The notes beneath the pieces are model-generated. The model saw nothing but the letters and a program-made list of their open reading frames with translations, made no database searches and had not been told where the DNA came from. From the IMG/VR virus record IMGVR_UViG_3300030846_000100, positions 1 through 64,000 of that record: DNA of 64,000 nucleotides; one strand, 5' to 3'. Position numbers and translations under genes: made by a program. Of this stretch, positions 1 through 9,751 are shown one piece after another (the stretch's first letter is position 1; each line of letters starts with the position of its first letter). The DNA is from a virus (lineage: Duplodnaviria > Caudoviricetes).

Positions 1-1
1 A

Positions 2-67
2 ACCGCGTGGGGCGGGGTGGGCGGAACGGGCGGGGATGGTTGCATTTCAGTGACAGCACTTTACTGA
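2..67 (+). CDS. C-terminal end of a Gly-rich protein (tail-fibre-like), truncated by the window edge
   Basis: Frame 2 reads TAWGGVGGTGGDGCISVTALY*. Confidence 0.5.
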   Translation, partial: TAWGGVGGTGGDGCISVTALY

Positions 68-123
68 CCCGCGGTACGCTTCGGGGAATTCAAAAACCTA
101 ACGGTTATCATTGATGAATTCAC

Positions 124-130
124 ATAATTA
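124..130 (+). promoter_or_regulatory. Candidate late promoter ATAATTA
   Basis: 4 nt before ATG 135; ATAnTTA-type motif recurs before structural and leader-bearing genes. Confidence 0.55.
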
Positions 131-134
131 ACTC

Positions 135-1997
135 ATGATCAACAAATTCGATAATCGCTACAATCCCGTCTTTCGCTGGAACGCTGAGAGCTTGCTGGAT
201 GAGTCCGGTAATAATTTACACCTCACAGGTCCAACCGCGGTGTTTCGTCAAATCTACGAGAATGTCATTGGATTTTCACCCGCAATCGTACTGAATCGAG
301 GTGGTGTATCAGATACAGTTTTACGAGATTATGGAGATCTTACGATACAATTGTTGTGCATGTTTCGAACCGCACCCAGCGGAGCTTACGTCATTGCATT
401 TCAAGCATCCGGAGAAACAGAGCCGACGAACTACTCATGGTCCGTTCAGGTTTCGAGTGCAAACACAATGGGTTACTTTGCTGAGTTCGGCGCCGGCGGC
501 GACACCAGTTACATTACACCCGTGTCGCAACGAGGCTTGCCCGGTTTGGGAGTCTTGTTCAAGCTTGACATGGTTCGTAAAGCCGTCACGGGTGGCGTCA
601 CAATTCAATTCTATGTCAACGGTATACCATTTGGTCCTCCGTCTGGTATTCTTACGGCACCGACTGGTGGAACTACATCGCAACTTGTTTTGACACAAAC
701 GGGTGCGAGCGTTGAACTTGCGGGGGTTGAAATCGATAACGCCGTTCTAACGGATGGGCAAATTGTCGAAGCGTACAATCGTACGTTGGGTGGGCATTTT
801 GGGGAATTGGTTCCCGAAGTTAAATCACTCTGGGTCGGTGCCCTTACAAACGAAGGGGCGACGATTGTTGTGGGTCTCACTTATGCATCTGATGATGTAT
901 CAGTGGTTGTGACGGGATCAAATGGATTCATAACTCCTTCCGCGGCCGTTGCTTATGGTTCCGTAATTAAATTCGTCATCGACGATCTTGACGAAGATAC
1001 GGAATACACTTATCAAGTGAAATGTAATGGCAACGTGTTGGAAATTGGCGGAAAATTCAAGACGTTAAAAACCAATCCCGCAACGTTCACCGTAGCATTC
1101 AGCGGCGATTCGATCACGAATTCTAACGCGCTTGTCTTCGACACCATTCGTGAAGCCAATCCGTTGATGTTCATTCATATGGGAGATCTACACTACCACA
1201 ATTTTACCACCAACGAACAGACGCAATTTCATGCAGCGTTCGATGAGGTATTCGCTCAACCTCGACCGGCACAACTTTATCGTGATATTCCCACTGCGTA
1301 CGGATGGGATGATCATGATTATGGAAATAACAACAGCAACGCCAGTTCTCCCACTAAACCCGCCGCAAACGCCGTTTATCGTCAACGAGTACCTCACTAC
1401 CCGCTACCTGACACCACGGCGGTTTACCAAACATGGGACATCGGACGTGTACGGTTCATTCTCACGGATCAGCGTTCAGGTGCCAACGCTGATAGTGCAA
1501 CTGACAACTCAAGCAAGACAATGCTGGGTACGGCTCAAAAGACGTGGTTCAAGAATCTGTTGAGCAACAGTGTTGGTTACTTCATCGTATGGATCTGTCC
1601 ACGATGGTTTGGTACCGCACCAACGGCGGGCGCGGATAGTTGGGGCGGATTTTCGACCGAACGTATTGAGCTTGTGACCCATATTCACAACAATTGTCCA
1701 GGCCGAGTTGCTGTGCTAAGCGCCGACGTGCATGGCTGGGGCGTTGATGACGGTTCTCATCACGATTTTCTTCCGGGCGGCGGAGAACCATTGCCTTGTT
1801 TTCAAGCGTCACCACTAGACATCGCCGCCCCGGGCATGGCTGGAACGTACAGTGCGGGCTCGGGTGCTGTCAACGGGGTATACGGTACAATGACCGTTGA
1901 TGACGCGGGTGGATCGAGCGTAGATGTGACGTGGAAACTTTACGATTCCTCTGCGGCTCAATTATCGACGACGTTGACATTCACCGTCAACCTGTGA
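135..1997 (+). CDS. phoD: PhoD-like alkaline phosphatase D with N-terminal LamG/concanavalin-like beta domain
   Basis: C-terminal half has GDLHY, WDDHD, TDQRS and SADVH motifs after an FN3-like segment; N-terminal ~230 aa is beta-rich and Gly/Thr-rich; no signal peptide seen. Confidence 0.8.
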   Translation: MINKFDNRYNPVFRWNAESLLDESGNNLHLTGPTAVFRQIYENVIGFSPAIVLNRGGVSDTVLRDYGDLTIQLLCMFRTAPSGAYVIAFQASGETEPTNYSWSVQVSSANTMGYFAEFGAGGDTSYITPVSQRGLPGLGVLFKLDMVRKAVTGGVTIQFYVNGIPFGPPSGILTAPTGGTTSQLVLTQTGASVELAGVEIDNAVLTDGQIVEAYNRTLGGHFGELVPEVKSLWVGALTNEGATIVVGLTYASDDVSVVVTGSNGFITPSAAVAYGSVIKFVIDDLDEDTEYTYQVKCNGNVLEIGGKFKTLKTNPATFTVAFSGDSITNSNALVFDTIREANPLMFIHMGDLHYHNFTTNEQTQFHAAFDEVFAQPRPAQLYRDIPTAYGWDDHDYGNNNSNASSPTKPAANAVYRQRVPHYPLPDTTAVYQTWDIGRVRFILTDQRSGANADSATDNSSKTMLGTAQKTWFKNLLSNSVGYFIVWICPRWFGTAPTAGADSWGGFSTERIELVTHIHNNCPGRVAVLSADVHGWGVDDGSHHDFLPGGGEPLPCFQASPLDIAAPGMAGTYSAGSGAVNGVYGTMTVDDAGGSSVDVTWKLYDSSAAQLSTTLTFTVNL

Positions 1998-3248
1998 TCA
2001 CCATCTCGATATAAGATCTAGCACGCGGTCCAGAAGAATGGGTGTCAACTTATCGTTCTCACCCAACTTTTGCAACCACTCAAGGCAAGTGGAACCATTC
2101 TTGGGATTCACCATCGCGAACATCGGAGATTCCCAAACACCGTATTCCTTAACGATGCTTGCGTATTCCTTTTTCCATTGACGTTGAAATTCGGGTAGGT
2201 TAAGCTTCACGTTCGCTAGTTTGAAATCGGCAAGTGAATTACACACTTTGAACTTCATATCGATCGTCCTTGCCCAATCAACGAGTCGTGTTCTCGTGTC
2301 ACACAATGACCTCACGATGTCATCGTCAAGCAAAGGTATGATATCATCCAATTTTCCGTTGATGATGCATTCGAGGGCATTTCGTTGGCTCAGGGTGACA
2401 AGATCCTTGGAACGTGAAGCGAATACCCATTGCTTGTTCTTTACCTTCAAACGATTGAAGTTCGCATCAATGACGACCGCTCCCTCGATTTTCTTGGGAT
2501 CCGCGTTGTCAACGAATGCGATGAGAGAATCGATGTCTGAAATCGGCCACTCTTTCACGATATCGAGACCCGCAGCCTCGTGACATTCGCTGTAGATGTC
2601 GAATTCTCGACCCGTCGCGGTTTCACGGCAAGCGAGCAAGGTTGCACGATGAACATCGTACTTGACGACGACACGATTCAGTGGACCCGTGAGCTCGTAA
2701 ATGTACGTCTTGCTTTTATCGAGAGTTTGAGTCCAATCATCGTACGAAAGTCCTAGCAAGCTCACGTTCGCTGTCAATGTTTCGTTCACCGCGTGCTTGA
2801 AAAGATCAGAGAACGTTCTGATCGTGGGATGCGTATCGTTGAAAGGTAGATCCGCTTCACACACCGAACGGGTAGCAATGCACCATTCGTTCTTGACGTC
2901 GTCGTGGTACAAATGGATCATTGTACCGTCAAGTTTTTCACCAATCCTCGCTGTTGACCAGTCGATCTTCGCAGCATTCGGATCACCTTCGTTGTAGAAA
3001 CGATCCATCGGACGAGATACGACCGTACAATCACCAACGATCTGATCGTCATTTTCGACGAGGGTAGCGGGACGAATCACTAGTCCTCGACACTCGCCTG
3101 GAAGTTGTTGTCCAGGTTTCGACGCGATCTGGTCGTAATTTAGACCGAACTTTGAACGATCACTCGAATGACGTGCCTTCACACCGTGTTCATCAGCGAG
3201 TTGCTTGAACGAGTGAGTCTTCAGGAATTCAATGACGAGCGGTTGCAT
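1998..3248 (-). CDS. T4 Rnl1-type RNA ligase
   Basis: Motif I EKLDGTMI, then IYEL, EGAVV and KVKN nucleotidyltransferase motifs. Confidence 0.85.
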   Translation of the reverse strand: MQPLVIEFLKTHSFKQLADEHGVKARHSSDRSKFGLNYDQIASKPGQQLPGECRGLVIRPATLVENDDQIVGDCTVVSRPMDRFYNEGDPNAAKIDWSTARIGEKLDGTMIHLYHDDVKNEWCIATRSVCEADLPFNDTHPTIRTFSDLFKHAVNETLTANVSLLGLSYDDWTQTLDKSKTYIYELTGPLNRVVVKYDVHRATLLACRETATGREFDIYSECHEAAGLDIVKEWPISDIDSLIAFVDNADPKKIEGAVVIDANFNRLKVKNKQWVFASRSKDLVTLSQRNALECIINGKLDDIIPLLDDDIVRSLCDTRTRLVDWARTIDMKFKVCNSLADFKLANVKLNLPEFQRQWKKEYASIVKEYGVWESPMFAMVNPKNGSTCLEWLQKLGENDKLTPILLDRVLDLISRW

Positions 3249-3601
3249 TACTTTTCCACCTTGCTAGAATCTTGTCGTGGATTGTACGTTACGCCACCCT
3301 TACATTCGTAACTGGAACACCCACCGCAATGAACACCGGGACGATCGTTGTGAGGATGAGAGGTGAACGGGACGCCTTCTTGCTTCCAAAACCAAGATTC
3401 GCACTCGATGGCGTTGAGCTCGTGTTCTTCGATAATGAAACCGTCACAACAACCTGGATGAGTGGCTTCGCTGAAACCATTCGCAGTTGCGTAAGCTGTT
3501 TTGATCTTGTCAAGCGCTTCGTCCGCCAATTGCTTCGATGAAAAGACGCCGAGCACGTGATTGCCAAGATCGATCTCTTCTTCAAGCGTATAAATCTTCA
3601 T
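3248..3601 (-). CDS. Hypothetical protein
   Basis: 117 aa ORF, stop/start overlap with the ligase, preceded by the early promoter motif. Confidence 0.7.
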   Translation of the reverse strand: MKIYTLEEEIDLGNHVLGVFSSKQLADEALDKIKTAYATANGFSEATHPGCCDGFIIEEHELNAIECESWFWKQEGVPFTSHPHNDRPGVHCGGCSSYECKGGVTYNPRQDSSKVEK

Positions 3602-3610
3602 GATTTCATC

Positions 3611-3639
3611 ATCCTAACATGTTCTTGAGTGAAAAACAC
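3611..3639 (-). promoter_or_regulatory. Early promoter motif GTGTT-N15-TGT-TAGGAT
   Basis: Same architecture and spacing as seven copies at 57.5-64 kb; 9 nt from ATG. Confidence 0.7.
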
Positions 3640-3643
3640 ACAA

Positions 3644-4048
3644 TTAGACGATCTTGAGCCTTTCGAGGCATCTCGTCCACCCGAAATTGCTTGAACCAAG
3701 TTGACGAAGGCAAACGTACGGGGCGGTGTCCCATTCTAGTCCACCACCCAGGCGATAATCAACGTTCCCAACAACTAAGTGCATTGATTTGTTGAATGTT
3801 TTGTGTTTGAACTTCTCGGTTAGAATTTTATGGATCTCGGTATGATCGTGGATTCCTTTTACGTCTCGAGGAAATCCAGGTTCTGCGAACAATCCAACCC
3901 AATCTTTTTGGGGAAAACGATTGCTGGACTTTTCGATCGGCTCGATCATGACCAACGTGCCGGGAAGCAAACGTTCTGCTATCTCGCGGCGCCATGCACT
4001 CATTATTGACGGAACCTTATCTAGATCTCCCACGTCGATCACCTTCAT
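3644..4048 (-). CDS. Hypothetical protein
   Basis: 134 aa ORF with ATGA overlap. Confidence 0.65.
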   Translation of the reverse strand: MKVIDVGDLDKVPSIMSAWRREIAERLLPGTLVMIEPIEKSSNRFPQKDWVGLFAEPGFPRDVKGIHDHTEIHKILTEKFKHKTFNKSMHLVVGNVDYRLGGGLEWDTAPYVCLRQLGSSNFGWTRCLERLKIV

Positions 4049-4590
4049 GGTGAGAACCTCTCGTTGATTATCGATTCGATCTCATTCATCAACGCGGGAC
4101 GGTAGTTCCAGGAATCTACACCCACGTGAATCGATGTACCGTTCACAGTTTCGTGCGAATGCGTGTGACCGTGAATTAGCAATTCACCTTTGATCTTCTC
4201 TGGACGACGATCGAGGTAACGCTCGTCCTTCGTTTGTCTCGCGTAAGGATAATGGCATACACGGACGACACGACCTCCAACGACCATGACGAATTCATTC
4301 ATCACGATGTCGAACCCGATTCCTGCCATCGATCCTGCACTTCGATCGTGATTTCCCAACACGAGAATCTTTCGTCCGTTCAAACGATCCATGATCTTTC
4401 TTGCATCTTCCTTGGGACAAAAAAAGCAATCCCCGCACCAAAGAACGATGTCATCCTTCGTGATCATCGAATTGTAGTTCTCGATCATTGATTCGTTCAT
4501 GTGGTGAACCGACTCGAACGGACGATTCGCGTATTGAATGATGTTCTTGTGACCGTAGTGTGGGTCAGACGTGATTGCACGAATGAACAT
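4045..4590 (-). CDS. Calcineurin-like metallophosphoesterase
   Basis: SDPHYGH, GD, GNHD and HGHTH motifs. Confidence 0.9.
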   Translation of the reverse strand: MFIRAITSDPHYGHKNIIQYANRPFESVHHMNESMIENYNSMITKDDIVLWCGDCFFCPKEDARKIMDRLNGRKILVLGNHDRSAGSMAGIGFDIVMNEFVMVVGGRVVRVCHYPYARQTKDERYLDRRPEKIKGELLIHGHTHSHETVNGTSIHVGVDSWNYRPALMNEIESIINERFSP

Positions 4591-4859
4591 TATCGTGAAC
4601 TCCTTCGTTTCAATTCGGCTTGTCCCAGAGCGAGCAATGCTCGTTCCTCCTTTGAATCATCGGTGAACGTTGTCCAATGAGCGACGTCCTCTTGAGCAAT
4701 GTTCATCACCGCACTAAGCACAGCGTGTTCCGCAGAATTCACCACGACCAGACCGTTATCAAATAAACTTCGCAATAGATCGTGAGGCGTTGGATCATCA
4801 CCGAGTTCAGATAGAACGACCCGTATACGACTGACGATATCAATTTTATTGTCGATCAT
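4590..4859 (-). CDS. Hypothetical protein
   Basis: 89 aa ORF coupled to its neighbours. Confidence 0.6.
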   Translation of the reverse strand: MIDNKIDIVSRIRVVLSELGDDPTPHDLLRSLFDNGLVVVNSAEHAVLSAVMNIAQEDVAHWTTFTDDSKEERALLALGQAELKRRSSR

Positions 4860-4992
4860 TTGCCTTCTCGACCTTTCATGTACGCATTGATGCTATCCCA
4901 TGCGTTATAAGCTTCTTCAAGAATTTTATGTGGCAGTTCTTCTTTCCAGTGAACGGCACAATAAATCAGAATGAACATTCTTTTTGTCATGT

Positions 4993-5328
4993 TCAGTACG
5001 CCGAACTATTGCCACAACCACATGTTGCTTTGATTTTTTCATTGATGAACTTGAAACCTTCTTGCATCAACGTCGCTACGTGATCTATCGTGGTCCCATC
5101 GAGGTACTGCATGCTCAAAGGATCACACATCCATGTGATGTTTTCGTTCACGATCCCCGTTTCATCGAATTCAGAGGGAGGTTCAATCGTGTCGAAGAAC
5201 ATCTTGTGTGTGAAACCTGCGCAGCCCCCGCCTGCAATTCCTAATCGAAGGAATACAATACCGACCATTTCGTCTTCTTCGTAGATGCTTTGTAGCTTAG
5301 TTTTGGCAGTTTCAGTGAAAGTTATCAT
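4993..5328 (-). CDS. iscA: A-type Fe-S carrier protein (IscA/HesB/ErpA family)
   Basis: ITFTETA start, GGGCAGF, LDGTTID and terminal CGCGNS; start refined to 5328 (ATGA overlap). Confidence 0.92.
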   Translation of the reverse strand: MITFTETAKTKLQSIYEEDEMVGIVFLRLGIAGGGCAGFTHKMFFDTIEPPSEFDETGIVNENITWMCDPLSMQYLDGTTIDHVATLMQEGFKFINEKIKATCGCGNSSAY

Positions 5329-5513
5329 TTGTTTTGACTTAGAATGTGTAGTAAGAAAATCTTGTTCGGTGCCATTAAAATAAATAAACACCCGATTCCG
5401 ACAAGGAATTGAACTCCTTCTGAGTGTATCGGACGATTGTACCAACGTGACATCGTTTTTCGTGAACGAATTCCACCTTTAAGAAGGTAATCAATGTACT
5501 CTTTGTCGTTCAT
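5325..5513 (-). CDS. Small hypothetical protein with hydrophobic segment
   Basis: 62 aa; its TGA overlaps the iscA ATG. Confidence 0.5.
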   Translation of the reverse strand: MNDKEYIDYLLKGGIRSRKTMSRWYNRPIHSEGVQFLVGIGCLFILMAPNKIFLLHILSQNK

Positions 5514-5558
5514 ACGACTTCATTGCAAGTATAACCATTTGTTGTTGTTCAGTACACG

Positions 5559-6431
5559 TCATTCGGCTATCAAGCGTAACTTACGTACGACACCATTTTC
5601 GAATTCGAATCCCGGTTCAGCGAGCGTTCGATTCACGCTGTCATTCCTTAAAGCATTCAAAGGATGCAAATCATCAACTGTTCCCCAATTCCTTGAAACC
5701 GTGTCGTACCCCATGAGCCTCAAAAGATCGTCACCGAATGTTCTTGCGATTCTCAATTCATCCTCGTTGGAAGCGAGCTGAATTTCATCACCTGCCAACC
5801 AACTTACTGCGTATTGCAATGATAATCCGGTTCGAAATCCTTTCGAACATTGTCCCGCCCCGTGGATCAAATTTCCAACGTAAAATAACACGGAACCTGC
5901 TGGCATTTCAGCGACCTGAATTTCATCGTCCTTTGGGACTCGTTCTGAATCCCACCTATGACTACCAGGAACGAACACAGTCGCTCCATTCTCACGAGTG
6001 AAATCATTGACAGCCCACATCGTTGCTACAAGTATCGATGGCGATGGATTCCAGAATGGAACGTTATCGCTGTGCAAATTTTGAGCCTTTTGCCCCTCCA
6101 TCAAGTGCATGATTCCTGTGAAGCTCAGCTTGTATCGTGGACTTAGCTTCAACAACGTTCCATCAAGAACTTGCTTTGTTAGTGGGTGTTGAATGATTTC
6201 ATGTGTTTCTGGATACCTGTACGGTAACCTGCCGAACCTCACCGTGTTCGTGCCCATGAAGGGGTTCCCAGTCGTATCGGGGAGTCGAGAATTGATCTTT
6301 GGTTCAAGTTGCGTTCGTAATTCATCCAGCTTGTGAGCGCTCAGAACGTTCTCAACTATTACGTAGCCGTCAACGTTCAAGGCATTGATGATATCCGAAA
6401 CATTCGAACTACTAACATTGAAACGATTCAT
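5559..6431 (-). CDS. Phytanoyl-CoA dioxygenase (PhyH) family Fe(II)/2OG oxygenase
   Basis: LHSD (HxD), ATMWAVNDFTRENGAT, PGSH and HGAG; start uncertain (6431, or up to 6485). Confidence 0.88.
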   Translation of the reverse strand: MNRFNVSSSNVSDIINALNVDGYVIVENVLSAHKLDELRTQLEPKINSRLPDTTGNPFMGTNTVRFGRLPYRYPETHEIIQHPLTKQVLDGTLLKLSPRYKLSFTGIMHLMEGQKAQNLHSDNVPFWNPSPSILVATMWAVNDFTRENGATVFVPGSHRWDSERVPKDDEIQVAEMPAGSVLFYVGNLIHGAGQCSKGFRTGLSLQYAVSWLAGDEIQLASNEDELRIARTFGDDLLRLMGYDTVSRNWGTVDDLHPLNALRNDSVNRTLAEPGFEFENGVVRKLRLIAE

Positions 6432-6495
6432 GTTGTAAATTATACTTCGAAGTTGTTTGATAGTTACATGTATCAACCCCTCCAAGGAGGATCAA

Positions 6496-6885
6496 ATGTC
6501 AAAAGACGTTAAGCAAGTCATAGTTGTGCGGAAGGACCTGGGAATGAGGAAAGGCAAAATTGCCTCCCAGGTCGCTCATGCTTCAATGTCGTTCCTGCTA
6601 GACAGTAACGAAAGTAAGCGAGTCGATGAGTTGAAGATCAAGCTCACATCGGCAGAGGCCCAATGGCTATCATCATCGTTCACAAAGGTCGTCGTAAGCG
6701 TTGACAGTGAAGAAGAACTTCGTGATCTGATCTTTCATGCTGAGATGAAAGGGATTCAATGTTGTCCTATCATTGATGCGGGCAGGACTGAGTTTCATAA
6801 CGTTCCAACGTTGACATGTGCCGCATTCGGTCCCGCGAATTCAAGTGACGTGGATGAAATTACTGGAAAGCTAAAGTTGCTTTAG
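6496..6885 (+). CDS. pth2: Peptidyl-tRNA hydrolase type 2 (archaeal/eukaryal-type)
   Basis: KQVIVVRKDL, GKIASQVAHA, KVVV, DAGRTE, GP and terminal KLL; AAGGAGG Shine-Dalgarno before ATG 6496. Confidence 0.95.
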   Translation: MSKDVKQVIVVRKDLGMRKGKIASQVAHASMSFLLDSNESKRVDELKIKLTSAEAQWLSSSFTKVVVSVDSEEELRDLIFHAEMKGIQCCPIIDAGRTEFHNVPTLTCAAFGPANSSDVDEITGKLKLL

Positions 6886-7617
6886 GCCTTCGATCATTCT
6901 CTTGAAAAACGTGTTGTAGTTGTTCTTGGGAAGGATCGATGAAAGCAATAATTTATCGGAGTTCGAAAGAACTTTTGAGGAACGATTCATTATATTGATC
7001 AATTCATGTGGTGATTTTATCTTCAAAAGTTCTTTCATGAACTGTTCTTTCGAACCACGGTCGAGATCTTGATAACCTCGTGAATTGAGGTACTTCATCA
7101 CACGATGCAACGTGGATTCATCGTACGTCTTTACGCTCAGCAATCTGAACCTTTCAAGCTCTGTCCAGTTTTCAAAATTCGTGAAATGCAAAGCGAAATG
7201 AGTGTACGCGACCTGACAGTTCTCGATATCAAACGTATCGAGAACTGTCAATGGTTTTGAATCGAATCCGGTTATCAGTTGAATTTTCCACCTGTAATCA
7301 GTCACGTAAATGTTCGTCACACCGGGAAGGTTGTGAACGTTGCTGAAGTAGATCGTGTCAATCTTCTTGAATTTTTCTATCACGTTATTAAAGTTTTTAC
7401 GTGATTCATTCGTCATGTAGATGTCGATGTCACCATCATAATCATCGAACGATTCGTATTCTTGATATGAACGAAAATGGTGACGAGCTAGTTGAATGGC
7501 AAAACCTCCCGCGATGCAGGAATCCATCAATAACGCAGCATGCACTAAGTTCCTTACGTTACCCGGAAGAAGTTGCAGAAGATCAGGTGTCTTGTGTTGA
7601 TTTGTTGCGAAATTCAT
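6871..7617 (-). CDS. Pol-beta-superfamily nucleotidyltransferase (CCA/poly(A) head-like)
   Basis: IAGGFA...DGDIDIY...IQLI...FDIENCQVAY. Confidence 0.6.
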   Translation of the reverse strand: MNFATNQHKTPDLLQLLPGNVRNLVHAALLMDSCIAGGFAIQLARHHFRSYQEYESFDDYDGDIDIYMTNESRKNFNNVIEKFKKIDTIYFSNVHNLPGVTNIYVTDYRWKIQLITGFDSKPLTVLDTFDIENCQVAYTHFALHFTNFENWTELERFRLLSVKTYDESTLHRVMKYLNSRGYQDLDRGSKEQFMKELLKIKSPHELINIMNRSSKVLSNSDKLLLSSILPKNNYNTFFKRMIEGLKQL

Positions 7618-7996
7618 CTCTAATTTCCATTAGAATTTCCCCAACAAAGTTCTTCCCATCGCCCAACCATTGTTCATTAGTTTCGAGCAAACGTGGCATC
7701 AAGAACGGATTCTCGAACTTCTGTCGTATCAATTCCTTCATTACATTACGACATTCGACCTGCCACGTATCAACGATCGGTACCTTCTTGCTCTCTCGAA
7801 TGGCTTCTTTCACATCCTTCGTCTCACGAATGCGAATTCGATCGTTTAAGTTCTTACATTTCAACGAGTAGAAAGCATGAGCGACTGACTTGTACTTGAT
7901 TCCATTATGAATGAACGTTGATATGAATAAATTTGACAGGAATTCGTGTTCTCCTTCGAATTTCTTGATCATGGAATTTCCTTCTTTTGGGTTCAT
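7583..7996 (-). CDS. NADAR (YbiA/RibX-like) family protein
   Basis: FLSNLF, YKSVAHAF, W...VMKELIRQKF, LLET, NFVGEILMEIR. Confidence 0.85.
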   Translation of the reverse strand: MNPKEGNSMIKKFEGEHEFLSNLFISTFIHNGIKYKSVAHAFYSLKCKNLNDRIRIRETKDVKEAIRESKKVPIVDTWQVECRNVMKELIRQKFENPFLMPRLLETNEQWLGDGKNFVGEILMEIRDEFRNKSTQDT

Positions 7997-8358
7997 TGAA
8001 CGATGATGATCTTTGTCTCGGGACTCAATTCACGGACGATGCTTACCATGTGCTTTGTTCCCTTTGAATTCTCGATGTCATCATGGAACGCAAGCACGAG
8101 ATCGAATGGTGATTCCTTATCGTACATTTCTTGGTTACGAATTCTGCCTGCACGTTTTTTGTACAACGTCCAGTTCGCGGGACACGGAATGACGATGAAG
8201 TTCAATTCACGAGCGATGGCATCTGCGATCAAGTCGACGCCCTTACAGTCACCGTGAACGATTGTCGTATCTTCGGGTAAACGTACCAGGTGATCATGAA
8301 TTTTCTGAACGTGTTCAATCGACTTCCACCATCTCGAACCCGTGATTAGAACCTTCAT
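7993..8358 (-). CDS. DUF2493/YspA-like SLOG family protein
   Basis: VLITGSR, IVHGDCKGVD, ANW...AGRIRNQEM, SKGT. Confidence 0.85.
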   Translation of the reverse strand: MKVLITGSRWWKSIEHVQKIHDHLVRLPEDTTIVHGDCKGVDLIADAIARELNFIVIPCPANWTLYKKRAGRIRNQEMYDKESPFDLVLAFHDDIENSKGTKHMVSIVRELSPETKIIIVQ

Positions 8359-8395
8359 GAATTGAAAAATTCTACGTTCTTAAGAAATCACGTAC

Positions 8396-8402
8396 ATAAT
8401 TA
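8396..8402 (+). promoter_or_regulatory. Candidate late promoter ATAATTA
   Basis: 5 nt before ATG 8408 of a solitary plus-strand gene. Confidence 0.55.
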
Positions 8403-8407
8403 CTTGC

Positions 8408-8929
8408 ATGTCACATGAACCGCTAAGGAAGTTGATACGATCATTTTTGAATGAAATGAAGGTGAACGAACTCACTGAACTTTCCGATAACTTGCTTCAA
8501 CGATTGTCAGGTTTTATTGAAGAGGTTGGTCGGTTGACGTATGAGATCAACTCAACAGCTGGTAATGGTGCAATTTGGTCGGATCGTAAGAATGGTGGAA
8601 AAGCCATCGTTGATTCGTCTATCGACCAACTATTACATCTAGCGGATGAATTTGATTCCCTGGTAGGATACCTTGGTAAACGGTACAATGATAAAGGAAT
8701 CGTCAACGTCGTATCAGCGTTGGTCACCACGTTGAAGTCTTTAAAGCAATCCTCCTCACGAGGGATGCTCGGTGGTCTGGGAAAGCTCTTGCAATCGAAT
8801 GATAAGTACGTCGACATGTTGCGCGAAAAAAGCACGGAGATTGACACTCGCCTTCGGGCGTGTCGTAAAGCGATTGAACGCCTGCAAACGAAGCACGTCG
8901 CCGAATCGTTCGGTGAGTCGATTCATTAG
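8408..8929 (+). CDS. Helical hypothetical protein with shared leader (LRKLIRSFLNE)
   Basis: 173 aa ORF; leader matches the multi-gene motif. Confidence 0.7.
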   Translation: MSHEPLRKLIRSFLNEMKVNELTELSDNLLQRLSGFIEEVGRLTYEINSTAGNGAIWSDRKNGGKAIVDSSIDQLLHLADEFDSLVGYLGKRYNDKGIVNVVSALVTTLKSLKQSSSRGMLGGLGKLLQSNDKYVDMLREKSTEIDTRLRACRKAIERLQTKHVAESFGESIH

Positions 8930-8969
8930 ATCTTCGTGAAGTGAATAACGATTGATAAATCGTTCGTTC

Positions 8970-9533
8970 TCACCTCGGTCTGAATCTAGCGGGGATACCT
9001 GTTGCAACGCTGTGAGCAGGTACGTTTTTCGTCACTACGGCGTTCGCACCAATCACTGAATGTGCACCAATCGTGATGCCTCCTAAGATCTTTGCACCGG
9101 CGCCGATGTCAACATGTCCCCCGATTCGGGGTAATCCCGGTTTGGTACCTGTTCCGATCGTCACCTGTTGAAAGATCAGGCAATTGGGACCGATGATCGC
9201 ATCGGGGTGTATCACAATACCGTTCGGGTGTGGCAACAACAATCCTCGTCCCAAGTTCGCATTCAATGGAATATCGGATCCCGTGATAACGGACCAAAAT
9301 CGATGGCGAATGACCGCGAACTTTGATCTCAAAGAGAATGTCCACGCATACGCTACTGACGCTTCTCGGCGCTTGAGAAGCATGCGCTGGTAGTCACGTA
9401 TTGAATTGATCAACCTCTTAGATGGATCCCACCAACGATTGGATCGTTCCCTTGAAGGATTTGGAACGACCGCTGATACAGTTGATACAACTGATAACGA
9501 TCGAAGCGTCGGAATTTGATGACCCGCGTCCAT
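8970..9533 (-). CDS. Serine acetyltransferase-like left-handed beta-helix acyltransferase (CysE/WcaB-like)
   Basis: HPNGIVIHPDAIIG, QQVTIG, IGAGAKILG, IGANAVV and G.PAR hexapeptide repeats; start refined to the TAATG overlap at 9533. Confidence 0.85.
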   Translation of the reverse strand: MDAGHQIPTLRSLSVVSTVSAVVPNPSRERSNRWWDPSKRLINSIRDYQRMLLKRREASVAYAWTFSLRSKFAVIRHRFWSVITGSDIPLNANLGRGLLLPHPNGIVIHPDAIIGPNCLIFQQVTIGTGTKPGLPRIGGHVDIGAGAKILGGITIGAHSVIGANAVVTKNVPAHSVATGIPARFRPR

Positions 9534-9751
9534 TAAATCATTCCTTTTTTGACGAGCAATAAAATGAGGGTGAAGAACAACGTGAATACCCAACCAGATC
9601 CAATTTCGATGGAGATACTCTTGAGACACCCTTGCGGGTAGAATTCCACTGGAAACTTGATTTTGAACATTGACAGAATTGTTTTCATGGTACGATTGGG
9701 TCCGGTTAGATCAACCATATCACGTACGTTCTAGAAGAACATTAACGAATG

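Noticed and set aside
6432-6485. Leader-like IHVTIKQLRSII upstream of the PhyH-family gene
   Set aside because: It lacks the terminal Glu, needs a TTG start, and an ATAATTT motif 5 nt before ATG 6431 supports the downstream start, so it was not counted in the leader set.
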